A stretch of DNA of 64,000 nucleotides from Octopus sinensis (GCF_006345805.1 NC_043014.1:54560001-54624000), one strand, 5' to 3'; shown: positions 14,544 through 26,541, counted from the first letter of the stretch. The notes: a model not told the origin generated them from the letters alone. A program made the numbers and translations.

Positions 14544-14639
14544 TATATATATATATATGGTGGTTGGTTGTCTACTCTTTATGCAGAATTTGACCCCCTC
14601 TTGTACTTACATCTTAGATCTGTCATGGTGTCCCATGTG

Positions 14640-14935
14640 GCTTCCTGAACCAGACAACGTTTTGAAAAGTCACCCACATAGATTGCACATCTGCCTTGGA
14701 CCTCCCAGAGCTGCAATTAAGTTCCGATCTTTGTGGATCTCAAAACGTCTTTTGAGGCCTCTGTTAGAACTGCAGACCTTATGGCATACACGGCATTGAA
14801 AGGTGTTCACAGATATAGAGGCAGAGTAGTTAGGGGAGGTTTGTATTTCACGGGTCCACAGATGAGATTTGAGCCCAGCAAAAGAAAGGCCATGCACAAA
14901 CTGTGCACACAAAAAGGTCCCTAAGATTCACCTTC
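14640..14935 (-). pseudogene. Relic with three C2H2-like zinc fingers, probably the C-terminus of an RTE LINE ORF
   Basis: Frameshifted translation FVCTVCAW..SFAGLKSHLW / FQCRVCHKVCSSNRGLKRRFEIH / MCNLCG*LFKTLSGSGSHMGHH. Confidence 0.55.
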
Positions 14936-14990
14936 TTGATCGCAACATTCTTCTTTAAATCTCTCTTGAGTCTTGCATGTGTCATCCTGG

Positions 14991-15045
<55 letters not shown>

Positions 15046-15059
15046 TATATATATATATA

Positions 15060-15275
15060 TCATCATCATCGTTTAGCGTCCACTTTCAGTCTAGCATGGG
15101 TTGGACGGTTCAACTGGGATCTGGGAAGCCAGAAGGCTGCACCAAGCCCAGTCTGATCTGGCAATGTTTCTACGGCTGGATGCCCTTCCTAATGCCAACC
15201 ACTCCGTGAGTGTAGTGGGTGCTTTTTATGTGTCACCGGCAGGGGAGGCTGGCAATGGCCACAGTTGGATGGTGC
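15060..15275 (-). mobile_element. SINE family C, young copy
   Basis: catcatcatcgtttagcgtcc...gagtgtagtgggtgctttttatgtgtcaccggc. Confidence 0.88.
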
Positions 15276-15613
15276 TATATATATATATATAGTAGAGATG
15301 AACTCTAAGCTACTTGGTTGCAAAGCAAACATCTTAACCACATAGCCTTACCTGGGTATATAGACTTATAATATATAAGGGTAAGGTCCAGGGATCCAAG
15401 TGTAGGAAGCTTGTAAGCTTCAAGCAGTCTGTGACAGGTATAAAAATCACAAAAAGGGGACACAGCGTTTGGTCAGGAACAATAACAATTTATTGGCATC
15501 GAAGGTTACTCAGCGTTTCTCAAATCAAAGTTACGAGGAAATTCAATAAGCTGAAAATTATTGCAGAGCCCACAGTTGCTATGAATGTTACCTTCATATA
15601 ACGAAGATATCCT

Positions 15614-15682
15614 CAGCCTGATGAGTAGCTAGCTAAGTAACCCTTGTTCAGTATCTGCTAGTTAGGAAACATATGTAGGCTG
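15614..15682 (+). ncRNA. Type I hammerhead-ribozyme-like motif in a Penelope-like repeat
   Basis: cagc CTGATGA g[TAGCTAGC..GCTAGTTA]g GAAAC atat GTA ggctg; palindromic stem III ACATATGT; G.G at the base of stem II and a register slip in stem I. Confidence 0.65.
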
Positions 15683-15786
15683 GATTTTACCTGTTCCACT
15701 CCCTCACTTTGGATTTTTATTTTATATATATATATATATATATAACAAAGTGAAGTTGTAAGGTACTGCACGAGTGGAAATATATA

Positions 15787-16316
15787 TGAAAGAAGGTTTG
15801 AAAATGCAATTTTAAAAGATGTTTATTCACTTGACCGGTTTCATTTTTTTAGAACAAGATTGTCAAAAGTAAAATGTAAGAGCTTTGTTGTGTTATGTAT
15901 TGGTTGTCACAAAATATTACAATACATATATACATTCTTTGATAATAAGAAAATGTTAAAAACAGTTTACAGGAAAAATCTTGAGAAAATATTAAAAAGT
16001 TTGTTTAAAATATTAGGATTTCATTAAAAATCATGTTTGTTTGGAAGTATCTATATATATATATACACAGAAAATTATATATTCAAAAAGGTTATATTTT
16101 GGTGGTATATATATACACAGAAGGAGATATATTTAGTTTACAAAGAATTTGAGATGAACTGACCTGAATGTATATATGTATTGTAATATTTTGTGGCAAC
16201 CAGTTCTTAACACTACAAAGCTTTTACATTTTACTTTTGACAATCTTTTTCTAAAAAAGTGAAACCGGTCAAGTGAATAAATATCTTTTAAAATTGCATT
16301 TTCAAACCTTCTTTCA
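15787..16316. mobile_element. MITE-like element with ~150 bp terminal inverted repeats, in a TA tract
   Basis: tgaaagaaggtttgaaaatgcaattttaaaag...tacattc (15787-15937) is the reverse complement of 16166-16316. Confidence 0.8.
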
Positions 16317-16364
16317 TATATATATATACACACTCACACACACACACTTTATTTTTATTTATGT

Positions 16365-17335
16365 TACAGAGGAAAGAAACCAGTTTAAATGAGGTGTGGT
16401 TTTGTATGGAAACCAGCCTACTACTAAACATTCTGTTCATAATGAGAAGGAACTGCAGAAGGAATTTTTAGCAAAGAGCAAACCTTTGTGCCTAGTATTT
16501 ATTGGTTTCGAGAAACCTTTCAGCAGAGTAGTTTGATCTGTTTAATGGTCTTCAAGATAATTTGGTATTGTGGTATTATAATGATGAAGAGATTACGAGA
16601 GTGGTGCCAGCCAGGTACACTGATGTTTTCAGCAGAGTGAGGAATGGCAATGAGTTCAGTGAGGGATTTAGTTGACAGGCAGGTGTTCTTTAGGGCTCAG
16701 TTCTCAATCCCTCCTGTTTATTATAGTTTTCCATGCTATAATGTAGGGGTTTGAAAACCAGCTGTCCATGAGAACTCCTATACATTGACGACTTAGTTTT
16801 TATGGGAGACTCTGTGAGCAACTTACTAAAAAGTTCCAAATATGGAAGCAAAACCTAGAATCAAGCAGACATCAGAGTGAACCAGAGTTTCAGTAAGGAG
16901 GTGTGAAGAGAGGAATCTGCTGGAAAATATCTGTGCTCAATAGTAGGAGGTGGTAACTCCATATGGAGTGCTCCATGTAAACTATGGCTGCCCAAGAACT
17001 GTTCTGGGACTGGAGGCAGGCTGACAGTGGATTGCAACTTTGAAAGTGAAATATGTTCAAGAGTAGCCAGGACTCAGAGCTCTTGTAAAATAACATTTTT
17101 TTTTTAGTGCTTGGAATATTCCATAGAAGTTGCTGACAGCATCTTTTACCTTGATGGCGTAATTAGCTGTTGTAGTGGGAGAAACTCTGAAGACAGGATA
17201 AGAACTCTGTGGGAAAAGTACAGGGAGTATTCTACTAGTAATAAAGGGCTACTTCTGTTTAGGTGAAGGCTAAAATATAAAGTTGTATGGCAATCAGACA
17301 TGGACATTAGATGCAGATATACCATCATCATCATC
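16365..17335 (+). mobile_element. RTE-clade LINE, RT/3' relic
   Basis: Degenerate ELQKEFLAKSKPLCLVFIGFEKPFSRV, YIDDLV and WKQNLES motifs; many stops. Confidence 0.75.
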
Positions 17336-17520
17336 TACAATCCATTTTCCATACTGGTATGGGTCGGATGGTTTGACAGGAACTGGAAAATCCGAAGACT
17401 GCGCCAAGCTCTGTTGTCTGTTTTGGTAAGATTTTTGCAGCTGGATGCCCTAACCCTAACATCAACCACTTAACAGAATGTGTTGGGTGTGTTTTATGTA
17501 GCACCAGCATCAGTGGGATC
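17325..17520 (-). mobile_element. SINE family C, old copy
   Basis: catcatcatc...gctggatgccctaac...ttttatgtagcaccagc. Confidence 0.7.
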
Positions 17521-17899
17521 ACCTAGTAATTTGCAAGACATCTCAATTGAGGAACAGAAAGGGACAGAAACATGGCTACCTTAGAAGAGAGAGACAGAGT
17601 CAGGGAGAGACAAACTGGTGAAGATGTGATGGGGTTAAACACAAGTTACATGGAAATGTGTTTAATGAAGCGAATGAGGGATGGAAAGGGTAAGTGGGTG
17701 GGTAAGATCATGGGATTGCGAAAGGAAAGTAGGGAGGAGGATAAAGTGGGTGGTGAGCACAGGTAGAAGGGAGGAGGTTTTGGGTGATGATGGGATGTTG
17801 GGGAGAGGTGGTTTTTCAGGGATAGTCTGTGTGTGTGTGTAAGAGGAGGAGGAAGGGGGCGTGGACATAGAGGACATACCTTAATGGTTTCAATTTTAC

Positions 17900-20215
17900 C
17901 TGGATGGGTCTTCTGAAGCTCAGTGCCTCAGTCCTTTGTCATCTTCTTTGTGAGGCTCAAAATCTGAATATCAGTTTTCGCCACTTCATCCCATGTCTTC
18001 CTCTTCCACAGGTTCCTTCCACATTTAGAGATCGGTACTTCTTTATGCAGCTATCTTCATTCATCTGCATCAAGTATTCCCCCTGGATATTTGAAGAAGT
18101 TTATTTCCTGTAGATTCTCAGTGTTTTTCCTACCTGCCCATCTGCCACACACAAAGACTACTTTCTCTGTTAACCCTCCTCTGATTCTACTGCACCTCTT
18201 ATATGTTCATAGCTTGCACTGGGTACACCGTATAGAATTTCTACTTATACTTTTTCTACATATTAACCCTTTCGTTACCAACCTGGCCAAAACCGGCTCT
18301 GGCTCTGTAGTACAAATGTCTTGTTTTCATAAGTTTTGCATCAAAATATATCATCAAACTTTAGTAGCAATTTATATTCCTAACACTAGCTTAATGATAA
18401 CTAAGTTATTTTACTAAATTCTTTGTTATATTTAAAATAATTGAAAGAAACACAGAGCATCTCAACAGAAGAAATATGGTAACAAAAGGGTTAAGCAGAA
18501 CCGTCTCCTTGAAGACATGAATAATTTGTCTTCTCTCCTGCTTACTAGTACTTTGGTCTTTGCTAAGTTAACTTTAAGGCTCTTTGATTCCAGACCTTGC
18601 TTCCACATCTGAAATTTCTTCTAGTTCTGGCAGTAATTCAACCATAAGAACAAGGTCATCAGCATGGAGGGGCTCCTGTATGCAACCAGTTTTAAATTTC
18701 TCTATTATGGTCTGGAGGGCTATGGTAAGCAAGAGCCTTGGTGAACTTCTACCTGCACATTACATTTGCTGCTATGCTCTTTGCCGACCCTCACCTTACT
18801 GACAGCATCACTGTACGTGCCCTGTACAGCCCTCACCAACCACTCATCTATGCCTAGCTTCTGCAATGACCACCAGATGAGAGAGCAGGGGACCCTGTTA
18901 AAGGCTTTCTCTATGTTGACAGATGCAAGTATGGTGGTTTATTTTTCTCTGAATGCTTAGTCCACAGTCTTACTTGGAACATAGCGTCAGTAGTGCTTCT
19001 CCCTGGCACAAAACCAAACTGCATCTCAACTCGGTAAACTCTCTTCTTAATTTGTTCAGCTCTGTTCCATTCTGTGACTTTCATGACCTGATCCAGCAAT
19101 TTGATCCCTCTCTGATTATTTCTGTCTTAGGCATCTCCTTTACCTATGTAACAGTTGATTATAATGCTGTTACATCAGCTGTTGGATAGGACCCCTTCCT
19201 GGACAACCTGATTAACTCTACAGGGGACTGAACCATATCCCACTCTGCCAGATATTTTAAGCATCTCAGCAGTGATTCCTGATGGACCAGGCTTTACTCT
19301 GTTGACAAATCCTTAATTGCTTTATCTATTCTGCTGCTGTCAATTCAGATAGTTGGTCCTTCTGTTGGGTCCACATTAGGAAGACTCATCTCCCATATAT
19401 TCTCCACATTTAGCACCCTTTCACAGTGACACTTCCATGCCCCTCACTTGCAGAATCACTAACTGCAAGCACACTTCTCTCCTACAACACTGCAATCTAA
19501 AACACCTCAAGCCCCTGGTCCTTGCATTGTAGAACATTTAACAAACTCCTATCTTTCTGCTTCTCCTCCAGCTAAATACACCTGTCACCCAGTTTCTTTT
19601 CTAGCTACCTGGTATACTTCTCTTCTACCCCACTCTTCCAGATCTTTTGTTTCTTTGCTCCTCTGGCTGTCTCTGCTACACTGTTCCACCACCATGTCAC
19701 CCTAGCTTCAGTTGGCACTTTGCACCAGCCACAAATCTGATCTGTGGCACTCAGTAAGTTGTCCTCCGTTACATGCCTCTGTCTCCTCCTTTTTGTCAAA
19801 TGCTTCAATTAGAACATTTCTCAGCTTAAAGTATACCCATGTCACCTTTCCCAGAAGATTTATACTTATGTTCTTTGCCAGTGAGGAACTTGACCGAGGC
19901 TCCCTTCCATCTTACTTCTTGAATGCATCACACATCTACAAGCCTCCATTCTAGCATCTCAGCAATCTCACCAGCACCGGTCTTATTTTTTAATGCGCCT
20001 GCATTGAGCGTACCAATTTTAAGAATACAGAAAGGGGTAACGAGTGAACAGGGAAATGGGTGCATCTGAAATGAAGCTTTGCATAGATATTTGCTAGCAG
20101 GGATGTCATATCAGTTTCTCCCAAAATTTCATTTACCACCATTCGTTTGTTCCACACTCGGTCCATCTACCAGAAAAGGGTGTGGTATACAAACACCATT
20201 TGTGCAAAGAGAAAT
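17900..20215 (-). mobile_element. RTE-clade LINE relic (endonuclease start, RT, Cys-rich C-terminus), interrupted by a MITE
   Basis: LKIGTLNAG at ~20000; QFGFVPGRSTTDAMF at ~19000; HADDLVL..WKQGLESKSLKVNLAKTKVL at ~18550-18670; NSIRCTQCK..HKRC and RKTWDEV at 17980-18240. Confidence 0.85.
18267..18490. mobile_element. piggyBac-type MITE nested in the RTE LINE
   Basis: TTAA|CCCTTTCGTTACCA...TGGTAACAAAAGGG|TTAA. Confidence 0.88.
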
Positions 20216-20493
20216 GATAATTGATTAATTAACTGGCTAGTATCCTTAATTCACTTACATTTCTGCTGCAAAGGGTGTTAACTTTGCCTTTTATATTGTA
20301 ATAATGTGATTGATAGAATGCTGATATAGGTGGGGGGTGGGGGAAGAAGTAATAGCCAGGAGCTTCATAAAGGAGAAATAAAACAAACAAGCCAAGATAT
20401 TTAAATGAAGACAATAGGAATTTGTGTGTGTGTGTGTGTGTGTGTAAATTAACAGCAGAATAAGAGAATGGGAATGGTGTAATTCCATTCAAT

Positions 20494-20572
20494 AGCATAC
20501 AGCTGTTTAGGCTGTGAAGAACTGCACCCAGAGTTGAGTAGGAGTGTGACATTTTCTAATTTAATCAGAGCC
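20494..20572 (-). ncRNA. Degenerate hammerhead-like motif (Penelope-like)
   Basis: Minus strand ggct CTGATTA ...cagcc TAAAC agct GTA tgct; two core substitutions. Confidence 0.4.
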
Positions 20573-20587
20573 TTAGCATCATGTTAT

Positions 20588-20634
20588 GGCTCTGATGAAG
20601 CTTTGTCAACTTATAGTTGAAACAGCTGTGAGCT
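20588..20634 (+). ncRNA. Type I hammerhead-like motif (Penelope-like)
   Basis: ggct CTGATGA ag..aac ttata gtt GAAAC agct GTG agct; palindromic ACAGCTGT; position 17 is G here but A in the sister copies. Confidence 0.55.
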
Positions 20635-20963
20635 AATGAAGGTGATTACACTATTCCTGTTTTTTTTTAATTCTTTTATTAATTAATAATATTTATTATA
20701 CTCTGTACTTATCTTCTGGTTCATATAAGAATCTGGAGCAGAAGATGTCAGTAAATTCACATCACTTTACCTTTGAGGCTTAGTAATACTGCATATAAAT
20801 ATATAAAGTTCTAACAACTGGTTATTGGTCCTGCTGTGCAAAGCATATATATATAACTGAACCAGTTGTTGAGTGTCCCATCCATGGATCAATGCTAGGT
20901 GTGCCGAAACAATTTTCGGGATTATTAATAAATTCCCGTATATTCCATCTTCTGTCTTTCATT

Positions 20964-21002
<39 letters not shown>

Positions 21003-21180
21003 AGATCGTTAGCCACTACACACATTTTTTTTCTCTCCTTGTTTTTTCTGTGTCCCTTTCTGTAGAAGAGCGTAGACTCGAAACATAAAAGACTTTTTCT
21101 ATTCCTGAGCATTATACTAACACATCTGTTTGTTTTGTACACCACCTGTCTTCGTCTTTTGTTTTTTTCGTAAACTCTCC
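21003..21180 (+). mobile_element. Penelope-like terminal repeat with minimal hammerhead-like motif (21056-21091)
   Basis: cttt CTGTAGA a GAG cgtaga CTC GAAAC ATA aaag, embedded between TA tracts. Confidence 0.5.
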
Positions 21181-22479
21181 ATATATATATATATATATAT
21201 ATATAAAGAGAGAGCGCGAGAGAGAATAAGTACACTGTTATTGGTGGGATCAACAGAAAAACTACTCCATACAACGAGATATCATTTATTATCCACTTTA
21301 AGTTTCATACCTCTGAAAATACAATAGTTAGACAAGCTTGTATAGTGTTTTGTGTATAAATGGCTGCTCTCTGAGGAAGAAATAATGTTTTTTCTCCCCC
21401 CCCAAATCCTTTTTCCATTTACTGTATTTCTCTTGTCTTTTCTCATTTTATCTTGTTTTTTCTCAGAGCAGCCATGTTGTATTTTAAGCCCGAAGGATTG
21501 AATAATAAAAGTACATGGCATGCTGTGCAAACTCATTCAACTTTTGCATTATCAGAGCAAGAATCTTAGAGCTGCTTGCATTTAGATCCTGTGTACATTA
21601 AATTATCCAATATAGAAATTGTATGTATGTGTTTGTATATATTTGTGTGTACGCGTGTGGGAACATATATATAGATTGTTATATGCATGTTTACTTATGG
21701 AAGTATATTTGTGTGTGTGTGTGTGTATGTATTTGTAAATTTTTGGTCAATATTCTTATGATGGTTCTTCTGTCAGCAGTTCAGCAATCCAGTAATGTTA
21801 CATTTGAAGTTTACGCATCTCTGAAGATTTCACAGTACATTTTGTTTATGTAACTCATAGTTTTTTTTTGTTAATGAAGCATCTGTAAGATGGTGTAAAT
21901 AAATATCTTATAAATAATCTGAATATGTCGTATTTTTACTTTTCTCCTTAACAGAAACAAAAATACTCATGAAATTCTCAATACTGGTACTTTGTCATGA
22001 AATTTAAGGTTTAAATTTCGCTATATGTGTGTGTGTGCATATATACATACATGTATGTATATGTACATGTATATACACATACACGTGTGTGTGTGCACCC
22101 CAACTCATATTTACCATGAACCACCCTACCACCCTTGTTCATTGGCCCTTATACCCATCTTGAACCATCTCTCACTCTCCTTTCCCAAGTCTTGCATCTT
22201 TACCCACCTACCCACTATACCCCATCTTCTGACCCTGCTCTCTTTTCTATTTGTCTTCTTGTATCTTGAGAGCCACCCTGACACTCCATCACCCCCACCC
22301 TTATCTCTCTTTCCTTCTCCACCCCAGTTATTCCCACCCATCCTTATATAATCTGTGGTAGCTGTGTACTCCCTCTATGACACAAAGCCTGTCTCTGTAT
22401 CTAACTTTAGCCCCTTGACCCCTAGATTAAAGCTGCATCACTCTCTGCTGTACTCCTACTCAGTCAAGGGTGGATTTTT

Positions 22480-22690
22480 AATCTTGTGATGTGCATGGCT
22501 TCCCACCAGTGGTGACACCATAAGGAATGAAGACACCCAGTGCACTCTTCAAATTAGCTGGGGTCAAGAAGAAGCCTTGGTGAGGCAGACACTGGGATTA
22601 AGCGCAGCCCTCTGGTTCTAAATGGTGATGCTGATCCACCCAACCCATGCCAGCATGGAAAAAGAAGCGTTAAACGCTGAGCATCATGAG
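22480..22690 (+). mobile_element. SINE family C, old copy
   Basis: ggtgacaccataaggaatg...ccaacccatgccagcatggaaa..gttaaacg. Confidence 0.55.
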
Positions 22691-23160
22691 GATATATATG
22701 ATGAGCAGACACACAGACAGACACGTATATATTTCTATGTTTCATAGAAACACGGTCGTGCTACTTAGAATGGAGGCCTGAAGAGTGCAGAGTCTGAGTG
22801 TTTATAACTGAAGATGAGAGCTTGTCACATGACACGAGAATCATGACACTGAGCTCTCCAACCCATATTGAGCACTCCTTTATCATTCATCTGGCATTAA
22901 GCCAGCTACGTATATATTTATATTATAAATATACACACACATGATGTGTGTGTGTGTAAATTTTTATTCAGAAGAATGAGTCTAGTAAAATATATATATT
23001 GTCACTTCTGAAGAGCTCTCAGGTTTGTGAAACTCATTGTTATAGATAATACTTTATCATATGTGTGTGCGTGTGTGTATGTATATGTATGTATGAATAT
23101 AAGTATATATGTGTGTGTGTGTGAAAGAGGATATGATGACAAATGAATAAATGCTTATTT

Positions 23161-23239
23161 TATGAACTTCATTAGCTTACAGCTGTTTCGGCTATGAACT
23201 TCATTAGCTTAACAGCTGTTTCGGCTATGAGCTAATGAA
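23161..23239 (-). repeat. Tandem 32/33 bp duplication of a hammerhead 3' half, plus a short inversion
   Basis: 2x tatgaacttcattagctt(a)acagctgtttcggc followed by inverted gctaatgaa; same family as 20588. Confidence 0.75.
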
Positions 23240-23586
23240 AATCCATAAGATGACTGTTTATTCCATGCTCTCTCATTTTCTTATTACTGCTCTGTACTCA
23301 ACTAATGCTTTGTTCTGCAGCATATGTATATTGAGTTCTACACCAGGTTGTCAGTATCACTATGCATAAGCGAAATGTATGTGTGTGTATACAAGTGGTG
23401 TTTATAGCATAATGTTTATTCCATGGTTTACAATTGTTTCAACAACTTAAGTTAACAAATCACACATTATGTCCATAGACACTGATGTTAACTATGATTT
23501 AATCACGAATATTGTGTTGTGTATATTACATAATAGCACCAGCAGTTGTTTTATCAGAATTAATTGAATAAAATGATACATATATT

Positions 23587-23655
<69 letters not shown>

Positions 23656-24200
23656 GGTGCGATGGCTAAATTGTCGCTATTTTATATTTTAAATTATACA
23701 CATGCGCATTGTTTGTTTATGTTTTGTCAACTACACAGTAGAGGAGGGTCAGTTGGGCACTGTCTGTGGCAAAAACAGTTCTATGAAGCAATTCACTGTG
23801 CCATAAGTTTGGAGTTATAATATATGTCAGTGGTTCTTACTTCTATGTTGTATTTCAGTATTTTGGGGTTAGGGCCCCTTGTTCATGAAACCTTTTGAAA
23901 TTTGTTGTGAGCTGCAGAAAGGATCGCAACCCCAAAATATTGATATGCCCAATAAAAGTAAAAACCACCAACTTGTATTGTTTTGGTACAAAACATATTT
24001 AAAACTTTTAACCAACCAAACACCCACGTGAGCACCAATATATGTCTATCTATCTATCTATTTATCTATCTATGTAGATATTTGGTTAATTTAATAAGCA
24101 ACCAGTTAGGTTTATATCTTTACTAAAGCTTATTGTTCAACACCTTGTGAGAGGGAGGTTTATTAGGCTGAAACTGTACAGAAAGTCATGTGTATATATA

Positions 24201-24586
24201 TAGGCGCAGGAGTGGCTGTGTGGTAAGTAGCTTGTTTACCAACCACATGGTTCCGGGTTCAGTCCCACTGCGTGGCATTTTGGGCAAGTGTCTTCTACTA
24301 TAGCCTCGGGCCGACCAAAGCCTTGTGAGTGGATTTGGTAGACGGAAACTGAAAGAAGCCCGTCGTATATATGTATATGCGTGTGTGTGTTTGTCCCCCT
24401 AGCATTGCTTGACAACCGATGCTGGTGTGTTTATGTCCCCATTACTTAGCGGTTCAGCCAAAGATACCGATAGAATAAGTACTGGGCTTACAAAGTAATA
24501 AGTCCCGGGGGCGAGTTGCTCGATTAAAGGCTGTGCTCCAGCATGGCCACAGTCAAATGACTGAAACAAGTAAAAGAGAGTAAAAG
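24201..24586 (+). mobile_element. SINE family A, full length
   Basis: ggcgcaggagtggctgtgtggtaag (A-box-like), ggttcagtccca (B-box-like), tgggcaagtgtctt CORE-like segment, gtaaaaga tail. Confidence 0.92.
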
Positions 24587-25220
24587 ATATATATGTATGT
24601 GTGTATATATATATATGTGTGTGTGTGTGTTATATTTCTGCTGAATTCCATCTTTGCAACTTGAGTTTCACACAAAAGCAATCGTCAGGTGAGAACTGCT
24701 AGTGCTGTATAGTGTCTCGATTTTTCAAAAGCTGATGTCCTTTTTGATCTGCTGAGTTTTGTAATAGCATTGCCTGTGTCTGCTTCTTTCATTGGTCGCT
24801 TTATAATTTGGTTTCATTCGGTTGGTTTCAATCATTATTTTTTTTGTTCTGGTTTTCTTCAGGTGGTTTCTTGCTTTATTTTAGGTTTTTGTGCTTATTT
24901 TGTTTTGTTTTTGTTGGTTGTTTATATTTTGTGCTTTGTGCTTCTGTTGGTTTTGTTTTTATTTTGATGTGTTTGTTAAGAGGTGAAGTAAGGGTGAAAG
25001 GACGCACAGTGTGGCCAAATGATTAAGAAGTTTACTTTACAACAATGAGATGCTGGGTTCAATACTATTGCCTGGTATCTTGGGACAGTGTCATTTTCTA
25101 AAGTTACTGGGCATCGCATATTTCATATGTGAAAGTGGGTGAACAGAAACTGTATCGAAGCCTGTCAGATGGATTATACTAGTAATTCTAAAAGGTTAGA
25201 GTTACATTGTCTCACATTAA

Positions 25221-25361
25221 CCCTTTAGTGTTCACATTATTCTGCCATAATTAAAGCTTTTTCGTCCACATTGCCTTGAACTAATCATGCATCTGGCCAG
25301 TTTGAACATAAAACAGGCAGAATACTTTTGGCCAGATATGGCCGGTTTAAATGCTAAAGGG
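25221..25361. mobile_element. piggyBac-type MITE
   Basis: TTAA|CCCTTTAG...CTAAAGGG|TTAA. Confidence 0.85.
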
Positions 25362-26541
25362 TTAAGGGTGTCTGTGGAATACTCAGCCACTTACAAGTGA
25401 ATTCAAAGAACAAGTAACTCATTTGGGAGTATAACTGAATCCTCATTATTGAAAATGGAGAACTCCTCCATTTGTTTGGAACCAATTTGTTATTTTAAGA
25501 ACTGTTTTGTTGTTGTTGGGACCATTAGTTGCATTTCCTGTTTATCAGATTCATATGTTTCTAATAAAAATGGTTGTTGTTTTGTTGTGCACATTTCTTG
25601 TTTATCAAATACCTACATAAATAAAAACAAACCCTTTTGCTCTTCTTTATGGTTCAACGATCACACACCTTGTTTGTATTTTCATGGTTTTCTGCTTCTG
25701 TTTTTATTAGTTTGTTGATCTTGCATCCTGTTTTGTATATTTTATAGTCCAATGGTTTTCGTCAATAGGATTGCAATTTTTCTTATATACAAACATATTT
25801 ATGTTGGTGTGTAGTGTTTTGTGTATGTAGCTTGAATTCGAAGCTTGTGGTTCAGTTCCTGTAGTTTTGTTGCCTTGTATGCATATGTATGGCTTTTTTT
25901 TCCTTTCTGTTTTCCTATCAATGTTGACGTCCCTGTGTATAACTGATGATGCTATAACTGCATCATCAGTTGTCTGTTCAAACCTTTTTTTTTTATAATG
26001 AATTTATGTCGGTATCTGCAATATTTTTGGGGTATATCCCTATTTTTTTCCCCATTTCATGTTTGTTTTTATGTTGTTTTCTTTTAAATCACAGATGTGC
26101 TTTGTCAGAGATGTTGCATTTCTGCTGTTCCAGAATGAGTGCACATGTTACCTGTATCAAGCTTTGAATGTGTTTGTACAAATGTGTGCAAATCTGTGTG
26201 TGTGTGTAAGTCTCCAGAAAGTAATTAAATATTACTCTGCAAATAAGGAATGATGATGCTTAAATAGTAGAAAATGATGATAGATCTAGTTTATCATTTC
26301 TATAGCCATCAGTGTATCATCTATAATAAAGTTTAACCCTATTGAAAGAAAAAAAAACTTTAAGGAACATTTGATAACTGTAAAGAAAGATCGTTTATTG
26401 TATAAATTTTCAAAGGGTAACACTAGTAGAGAAAGCCAATGAAAATCATTTGTGGAATTTTATCCTGATTTAGTAAGAACTCATAAATGCCAGCTTTGGT
26501 TTCAAAAGTTTTAAAATAATGATAATGATCTGTCTGATAAG

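Noticed and set aside
23008-23045. CTGAAGA...GAAAC...GTT hammerhead-like spacing
   Set aside because: Stems I and II do not pair convincingly.
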